From NCBI GenBank assembly GCA_964016885.1, contig OZ024744.1, positions 39,990,001-40,054,000 of the forward strand: 64,000 nucleotides of DNA, read 5' to 3'. The notes under the pieces were generated by a model that saw nothing but the letters and a program-made list of their open reading frames with translations, made no database searches and was not told the DNA's origin. Source of the stretch: Eledone cirrhosa (Eukaryota). This document shows, piece after piece, positions 55,890 through 64,000 of the stretch (the stretch's first letter is position 1; each line of letters opens with the position of its first letter). The position numbers and the translations under genes are program-made.

Positions 55890-56490
55890 CAAAATTAAGG
55901 TAAGGTTGTCATGTCTGAGAGACATGCACCATATTCACTGCAGAATAAGCTCAAAGAATAGTTCCGACCATTTTATATCAAGTAGAAATAGATTGACACG
56001 TATATATATATAAAATAAACACATGAAACAATCTCAGGGAATAATTTGTAAAGTGTGTAAGCACACATAGCTAGGTAGGTAACCAATTAAAGTTTAACTA
56101 GAACTTCAAATGTAGATACCTTTTAAAATGATTAATCTCCTTTGTATATATTTCTTTAAATAAGAAATATATTTCACCAATTAATCCGTAATCATTAATT
56201 TCACCAATTAATCACAGCAGTCAAATCCTGTATGGTCACCAAAGGAGAAGATCCAACCATCTGTGTTTACACAGCAAATGCAAATCTGTGAATGACTCGA
56301 ACCATGTGTTGCATTTTATAAAAAATACAGACCTCGCACCGCGTCATCCCAGTGGCGTGAATAGGATTATCGACAGCTAGAAATAGCAGCCGAGTCCATT
56401 CAACTGAATTAGCTCTACAATCAAGGGGCCGTATATATATCCAAAATTAAATTAAGGTAAGGTTGTCATGTCTGAGAGACATGCGCCATA
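55890..56490. mobile_element. (TA)n-flanked non-coding element with an approximately 43-bp terminal direct repeat
   Basis: AAATTAAGGTAAGGTTGTCATGTCTGAGAGACATGC(A/G)CCATA at about 55892 and 56449; (TA)n on both sides. Confidence 0.65.
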
Positions 56491-56590
56491 TATATATATA
56501 TATTTAAAATTAATTAATGGAGCTAAAAACTCACATTAATTCCCTATAGTTTAGGGAGCTCAAGGAATATATATTCTGGGCTCTTTATAC

Positions 56591-56622
<32 letters not shown>

Positions 56623-57029
56623 AGATATAGATATATGTATTTAGAGGGCTTGGGTGGGGGGCAATGAAAAGTGTACCTGTATTGATAATGGGTCAATCAC
56701 CCTTATTTTCGCCAAAAACTGCTCTTTAAACACATGTCAAATGGATTACAATATTCATTATTACAAATACTTTGACTGTTCCCTGACTACTAGTACCAGC
56801 TTCAACATAGAATTATTTTAACGAAGTATATTTGATTTGATTTGATTTTCACCAACAAACCACGTGTGGACATGGACGAGGAAAAAAAAAACAAAAATCA
56901 CTACATCCCTTAGGGATCGCAGTAAGTACTTCAAAAATCAATAAACAACAATATACACACAAGTCTATATACAGGTACATACCACATGCATATACACACA
57001 AGTGAAAAAAACCCACACTATTTAGTGTG

Positions 57030-57240
57030 AGACACTATACCGGCCAATCTTACGTACATTTGTAAAATCTTCCTGAACACTGACTTCGCTTCTAATCCAT
57101 ATACACATTTTAATTATATATATATAATTCCCTGACATTTGTATATTATTCTATGTACTATACATGCACCTTTGACGAGTTGTAGTGCACCTGAGCACTG
57201 TACAGAATAATTTCATTATTATTATTATATTATTATTATT
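57030..57240 (+). mobile_element. Probable retroelement 3' end with an (ATT)n tail
   Basis: Hairpin-like GTAGTGCACCTGAGCACTGTAC, then AATAATTTC(ATT)n; no coding part visible. Confidence 0.45.
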
Positions 57241-57651
57241 GATGCCTAGAGGTTCCTGAATGAACAAAAACAAACATGTAAGAGAGAACAACTCTAAATA
57301 CACTACCAATAGCTGTTATTAAAATTGACAACTCAATGGCTGAAATTATAAATAATGATATAAAGGCAGAGAAAGTAGTCAGATGACCATCTTTGAGATA
57401 CTGAAAATATACTGTGATCTGGATATATGCTAATCACTTATATAATCAATGTTGTAGTAGAGAGAAGTGTCATAGCTAATGATTGGTATAATGATATTGT
57501 TATAAACTGTTACAAGGATAATGGGTGTGTGCTAGGTAGATGTAACTACAGAAGCACAAGACTGATAGACTAAGTCAGGAAATTAACAGTAACACTAACA
57601 CAGTGTGGTTCATAATAGAGGTCGATATGAAGGCATATATTATATGTTTAT

Positions 57652-57832
57652 GGATTGGCAGTATCGGTAGAGGGTCCAATGCCATGCTTTGACGCATAGT
57701 TACGGCCCTTGCCATTCTGAGTTCAAATCCCGCCGAGGTTAACTTTGCCTTTCATTCTTACGGGGTCGATAAAATAAAGTACCAGTCATGTACTGGGCAA
57801 TTGCTGGCCTTGTGCCAAAAGTAGAAACAATT
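57652..57832 (+). mobile_element. tRNA-derived SINE, family S1
   Basis: GAGTTCAAATCC B box; CCGAGGTTAACTTTGCCTTTCAT...GGGGTCGATAAAATAAAGTACCAG core. Confidence 0.88.
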
Positions 57833-58065
57833 ATATGTTTATATACAATAAACAACCATGAATGTTTTAAGTTGTGATTACGTCACAGCTATCTTAGTAA
57901 CTGATGAGAATGTCAGATGTGTGTTTCTAGATTTTTATCTGTCATTAGTGGCATTTACTCATTTGGTACTGAAACAAGAATATTTTTTTTGCTTATGAAA
58001 AATCAGATGGATATGCTCATTTGCATAAAATACAAAATAAAATTTCAACAGGAGCTGTTCATTTG

Positions 58066-58230
58066 CAGTACTGAATTTAGGACAAATGAGGTCCTGTGCT
58101 AGTTAAGTTATGAGGCCCCTTACTTGGGCCCTGAAGAAGGTAAACAAATTTTTTGGCAGAAAGATGGACCCCTTGGCCAACGGGGCCCAGTGCTTAAGCA
58201 CACCTAAGCATAATGGTAAATCTGACACTG
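58066..58230. mobile_element. Older hAT-type MITE
   Basis: Imperfect TIRs CAGTACTGAATTTA / TAAATCTGACACTG; 8-bp TSD TTCATTTG / CTCATTTG; GGGGCCC subterminal motifs as in the 25113 MITE. Confidence 0.65.
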
Positions 58231-58624
58231 CTCATTTGTATACTATTGGCTAGGATTAATTAGCAGTAGCACTAATATAGCATAATGAGAGTCTTATATG
58301 TTTATTGCACGCAAACATATTGTATACTAAAAAAATAAAAGGATACCAAACATTAGTATTGAAGGAAAGCTTCAAAATATATTGTCAAACACTACAAATT
58401 TGTAATGTTTTCTTAGAAATAGAAACACATGCACACCCACACACAGACAAATACCCACACACAGACAGATACACACACACTCACACATAAGGTAATGAAC
58501 AAAAACAAAAGTGAACTGAATTTTCAGTTGTCTGGCTCAAAATTGATTGCTTAGAATTCATTTTATTTTTCTAATTAGCTAATCTATCTAGACATATATG
58601 TTAAAATCATTTTTACAAACAACG

Positions 58625-61275
58625 GCAATGACAGAGGACGGAGACATCGTTATGCTAGCAGGAGACTTCAATGGTCATGTTGGACAGCTCCAGGATGGTT
58701 ACACTGGGGTACATGGATGGGCAGGCACGGTTACGGCTCAAGAAATGAAGAAGGAGTGAGACTTCTTGAATTTTGTGATGCAGCTACACTGACTATTTGC
58801 AACACAAACTTCCAGAAACCTGCCAATCACCTAATAACCTACAAATCTGGCGAGCACATAAGCCAGATTGACTTCTTACTAGTTAGGCAGCGGGACAGGT
58901 AGATAGTGTCTAATACCAAGGCATACCCTGGGGAAGAATGTACCCCACAGCATAGGTTAGTCGTTAGTGATATCTCAGTAAGCAAGAGATGGAATGAGAC
59001 ATACAGGAAGGTTTGGCGAAGAAAGGTCTCGAAGCTAAAAGACCTTTCACTAAAATACAAATTTAGGAAAGCCCTTCAAGATGTATATGACGCAAAAGAA
59101 GACGATTTAGAGACGTATGACATAGATAATAACTGGAATATCTTACGTGACAACTTGCTGCAGGCTACTGATGAAACTTGTGGCTGGAGCAGAGCTCCAA
59201 CCAGACAGAGAGTGACCTGGTGGTGGAACAGCACAGTAGATAAGGCCATTAGAGACAAAAGACTAGCATGGAAGGCTTGGAAAAAGGGTGGGAGTAGGGA
59301 AGAATATAAAGCCGCTAAGAGAGAAGCTAGACGTCAGGTGTACTTAGCACGCAGGGAGGCGGAGAGTAGGAGGTTTGCCAATGTTCTGTGATGGGAAGAT
59401 CAGAGGCGTGTGGTGTTCCACATTGCAAGGCAGTGTGTCAATGCAAATCAGGATGTTGTTGGAGATAAATGTGTCCGGAATGATGCCGGTGTACTTAAAG
59501 GAGGCCTGGAAATGTCATTATGAGAGACTGATGAATGTGGAGAACGATTGGGAGAGAGAGAAATTACCTTCAGTAGATCCGACAGAGGGACCAGCTATTG
59601 AGATTGGCGAATATAGGGTTCAAGAGGCGATTAAGGAAATGAAAAATTGGTAAGGCTGCTGGACCATCGGGAATAGTTGCTGGGATACTGAAGGCATCAG
59701 GGGACGTAGGCACTAAACTGGTTGCACGCATCATCAATCAGGCTATATATGGTGGTGGCATACCCAAAGACTGGTGCAGCAGTATTCTCATAAATTGCTA
59801 CAAAGGTAAAGGGGATGCTCTGGAGAGGAGCAATTATAGGGGTATAAAACTGATGGATCAGGTTATGAAAATGGCAGAAAGGATATTAGCACAACTAATT
59901 AGTGAAAGGGTCAAACTAGATGAGATGCAGTTTGGTTTTGTGCCTGGGAAGAGTACAACAGATGCCCTCTTCTTGGTGAGACAATTGCAAGAGAGGTTCT
60001 TAGAGAAGAATAAGCCACTATACTTAGCCTTTGTTGACCTAGAGAAGGCCTTTGATATGGTACCCCGATCTGTCATCTGGTGGTCCCTAAGGAAGCTAGG
60101 TGTTGAGGAATGGCTTGTGAGGACAGTGCAAACTTTGTACAGAGGTACTCTCAGTAAAGTCAGGGTAGGAATGGAGTTTAGTGAGGAATTCCAGATACAA
60201 GTAGGAGTACATCAAGGTTCGGTCCTCAGCCCGCTCTTGTTCATTATAGTCCTCCAAGCCATAACAGAGGAGTTTAAGACTGGCTGTCCATGGGAACTTC
60301 TCTATGCTGATGATCTGGTTCTTATAGCAGAATCAGTAGAGGAGCTAGAGAATAAATTCTGGCTATGGAAACAGCAGTTGGAAGCAAGAGCACCGAGAGT
60401 GAACCTAGCTAAGGTAAAAGTGTAGGAAAGAGGACAAAACTCTGATTCCGTCAGGGAAATGGCCATGTTCGATATGCAGAAAAGGAACTGGCATAAATTC
60501 TATAAAATACACACAATGCAGATCCTGGGTACACAAGAGATGTAGCGGGATACAGGCAAACTAACAGGTAGGGAGAAATATGTATGCAGTAGATGTACAG
60601 GGAAATTAGACAGTAGAAGTTGCATTGATAGACACAAATGCAGGAGGGCGCTATAGAAGTGGTGGATAGCTTCGGGTACCTAGGAGATCAGATTAGCATG
60701 GGAGGAGGGTGTTCCGAGGCCATAGTATCTAGAACAAGGACGGGTTGGAAGAAGTTTAGGGAGCTGCTTCCTCTGCTGACGAAGAAGGGTTTCTCCCTGC
60801 ATACGAAAGGCCGGTTGTATGATGCCTGTGTGAGGAGCGTGATGCCGAATGGTAGTGAGACATGGGCAGCAACTGCAGAGGATATGCGACGGCTGGAAAG
60901 AAATGAGGCAAGCATGCTCCATTGGATGTGCGTGAACGACCCAGCATGAATGTGTTGAGAGAGAAACTGTGTCTGAGAGGGATAGAATGTAGTGTACGGG
61001 AGAGGAGACTGAGGTGGTATGGACATGTGATGCGCATGAAGGATGACCGATGGGTGAAGAAGTGCCAGGAAATGCCTGTTGAAGGAAGACGTGGTAGAGG
61101 TAGACCACGAAAAACATGGGCGGAGGTGGTGAGAACAGACCTCAGATCACTGAAGCTCACGGTGGAGATGACGAAGGACCATGACGAGTGGAGAGATGCT
61201 GTGCTGAATAAGACCCGCCCCACCCTTGCAAGCAGGGAAAAGCGGACGTAAAATGATGATGATGATGATGATGAT
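58625..61275 (+). mobile_element. 5'-truncated RTE LINE, subfamily B (half of APE, RT, C-terminus, (GAT)n tail), inactivated
   Basis: AGDFNGHVG, QIDFLL, FVDLEKAFD, GVHQGSVLSPLLF, LLYADDL, RRLRWYGHV; stops and frameshifts. Confidence 0.96.
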
Positions 61276-62099
61276 TATGGATTGATCAAATAATGTTGAA
61301 AGCAACAGAAACAACAACCTCCCTTTATTAGCCACCTGGGGTGAAAAATGTCTATTACAAAACACTTTTATAATACAGCAAAGTTTATGAGTACAGATGT
61401 GCTTGTCTGCCAAAGGGAGGAAGAATTTGACATTTCACAAATGGTTTCAACAATGTGCATTCATTTGTTTAATCATCTGAATGTCCAACTAATACTCATG
61501 TCTGTATGTCTGTGAAATGCTTAACCATTTATTTACATGTTAAGGCTGGTTCTTTGATCAAACAAGTGGAACACTCATTGCTGAAACCTAAGAATATCCA
61601 TTCATTTATGTATACTGGATTTGTATTGTGATTTTTTTTCTCTTGTGATTTTTTTCTTCTGGGGCTATTTTTCCTGGATTCTTCAGTAGATAGACAAATA
61701 TTTTCAGAACTTATGTGGCAGCTAGAAAATTTTCCTATTTCCTCAGTAATTCTTGTTTTGTTGTAGACAAATTTATTTATGATTATCAACAAATTTAATT
61801 CTGTAACATATATTTTCATCACTTCGAAAATATCTTATAATTGTTTATTCATTTAATTTTTCTTACATCACCCACCCCCCCCCCTCTATCCCTTGCTTGC
61901 ATCAATTTTTTTTACTATATGTTCTTAACCTAACTTCTTTCTTTCACATTTAACTCAATATTTTTTGTTTTATTTTTCTCACATTTTGTGAACAAAACCT
62001 TGTTTCAATCTCCTGTGTATTTCAGAAGAAAATTGTATTTTAGAAACTAACCAATCACTAAAATTATTCTTGTTTTCTTATATTCAATTATTAGTTCAA

Positions 62100-62264
<165 letters not shown>

Positions 62265-62960
62265 TATCCGAACAGCAATGTTACATGGTAGTGAGACTTG
62301 GGCGCTGACTTACATAGATTAAAAAGAAACGAAGCCTGCATGCTCCGATGGATATGTAATAGTAATATACGCGAACGGCAAAGCATAAATGAATTGAGAG
62401 AGAGACTGAGAATAAGAGGAATCAAATGCTGTGTGCAGGAGAGGCGGTTGTGTTGGTATGGACATGTGATGCGTATGAAGGATGACAGCTGCATAAAAAG
62501 GTGCAGAGCACTAGAAGTCAATGGAAACCGCGGAGTGGGGAGACCCAAGAAGACCTGGGATGAGGTGATAAAAGCCGACCTTACCCAATTACACCTCTCA
62601 AAGGCGATGACACACGATCGTGACCTCTGAGTATCCGACCTCCCATAGGTACAAGCTGAAGAATATAGACAATATGCCCCCACACCCTCCCACTGCAAAG
62701 TGGTCGTGGAGGTGCCACGGCAAAAAGCACCCAGCCCACACTGTGAAGTGGACGTGTAGGTGCCACGGTAAAAAAGCACCCAGCCCACACTGTAAATGAG
62801 GTTGGTGTTAGGAAGGGCATCCAGCTGTAGAAATCAAGCCAGAATCAGTTCCTGTATGAGTAAGGCATGGTCAGCCAACCAGACAACAGGACAACCCGTC
62901 TAACCCATGCTAGCATGGAAGAACGGACGTAAAACGGTGATGATGATGATGATGATGATG
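62265..62960 (+). mobile_element. RTE-A-related 3' fragment with 3' UTR and (GAT)n tail
   Basis: [22 protein letters not shown]; terminal CCCATGCTAGCATGGAA; tail. Confidence 0.92.
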
Positions 62961-63813
62961 ATATGCATATATATATATATATATATAAATAAGCAGAGTC
63001 AGCATGACACTGTGTGTGACAAGGCTGGACCATTGAATTACAGCTACAGTCCACCTGATAGGCTTCTACACAGTTTCCAACTACCCATTTTCACTTACAA
63101 AGCTTGAGTCGACCCAGTACACTCTGTAAAGTGGTAGTGGTGGTGTCATGATAAAATACAACCAGTGCACTCTGTAAAGATGTTAGTGCTAGGAAGAACA
63201 TTCAGCCATAGAAACCAAGCTGAAAAGGAAACATACAAGCAAAACATAATCCATTAACTCATCTGAAGGTCAGTAACTCTGAAATAGAACAGACACAGAC
63301 TTTGATAACCTATCCAACTTATGCCAACGTAGAAAGTAAATGTAAAATGATGATGGTGGTAGTAGTGGCAGTGTTTGTAGCGGTGGTGGTAGTAGTTATG
63401 GTGGTGGTTGTATATGATGCTGCTGATAATAGAAAGCAAATAATTAGGTTGTTTGCACATGCACAAACATGCATACACACATACATACACACATGCATAC
63501 ATATGAATATTTGCATACATGCATGCACAGATCATCAACAGTGGTCTATCATTCCTGTTTCCATAATTACATGTGTTGCATGAGTCTGGCATACAAGCAT
63601 AGGTTATTGTCGACCTTCTTGATATTTTGTCTCTCCATTCTCTGTAATATAAGTTCTGAGATATTTTCTTCTGTATTCCCCTCTTCATGTGTATTCCTAA
63701 CTGATTAACACTCTTTCAATGAATACGACCCTACTTGATCACCTAACCTGTTAGAAGTAAGAGATAAATATCCATTTCTAAAAAGAAACAAAAAGATAAA
63801 TAACGTACACATT

Positions 63814-64000
63814 GGAGGCACATGGCTTAGTGGTTAGAGCATTGACCTAGCAATCAAAAGGTTGTGAGTTCAATTCTCAGACCGGGTGGTGTGTTGTTTC
63901 CTTGAGCAAGATACTTTATTTCACATTGTTCCAGTTTACTCAGCTGGGGTCCCTATCATTCCACTGTAAAGTGGTCGTAGAGGTGCCACGGCAAAAAAGC
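63814..64000 (+). mobile_element. tRNA-derived SINE, family S2, running off the right edge into an RTE-derived tail
   Basis: A box TGGCTTAGTGG, B box GAGTTCAATTC; 63961-64000 matches the RTE 3' UTR at 62690-62728. Confidence 0.88.

Larger units (their letters stand above)
54013..57023. repeat. Approximately 500-bp near-identical inverted repeat (54013-54509 / 56540-57023) enclosing about 2 kb
   Basis: Arms align as reverse complements, including the same microsatellite and (AAATC)n tract. Confidence 0.93.

Noticed and set aside
56376-56388. GCTAGAAATAGCA identical to part of the Cas9 sgRNA scaffold
   Set aside because: Only about 13 nt, the flanks do not match, and variants occur in neighbouring repeat elements.
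57901-57980. Hammerhead at CTGATGA 57901
   Set aside because: The nearest GAAAC (57971) is not followed by a stem III, cleavage triplet or stem I partner.
63814-63885. tRNA gene
   Set aside because: A and B boxes are present but there is no good cloverleaf, and the sequence runs into a SINE body and LINE tail.

Overview
Eukaryotic, AT-rich, repeat-saturated DNA with no confidently identifiable host gene. The mix of RTE LINEs with (GAT)n tails, tRNA-derived SINEs and dense (TA)n/(CA)n microsatellites suggests an invertebrate, most likely an octopod cephalopod (inference). Positions 1-21432 are a 30-bp satellite with kb-scale higher-order duplications; its long ORFs are repeat artefacts. The remainder holds decayed non-LTR retrotransposons (two RTE subfamilies with a PHD-type finger inside the RT, an RTE-X-like copy, a CR1/L2/Jockey-group copy, CRE-like and R4-like fragments), SINEs, three hAT-type MITEs with 8-bp TSDs and a 46-bp satellite (39168-42123) that shares a core with the 30-bp one. 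The most interesting signal is a set of short non-coding elements bounded by (TA)n tracts (32.6, 44.2 and 51-56.6 kb). They carry type-I hammerhead ribozyme cores, share a conserved terminus and form perfect palindromes or inverted/direct repeats, consistent with non-autonomous Penelope-like or retrozyme-like elements. All alignments were made by eye, and the boundaries of decayed elements are approximate.
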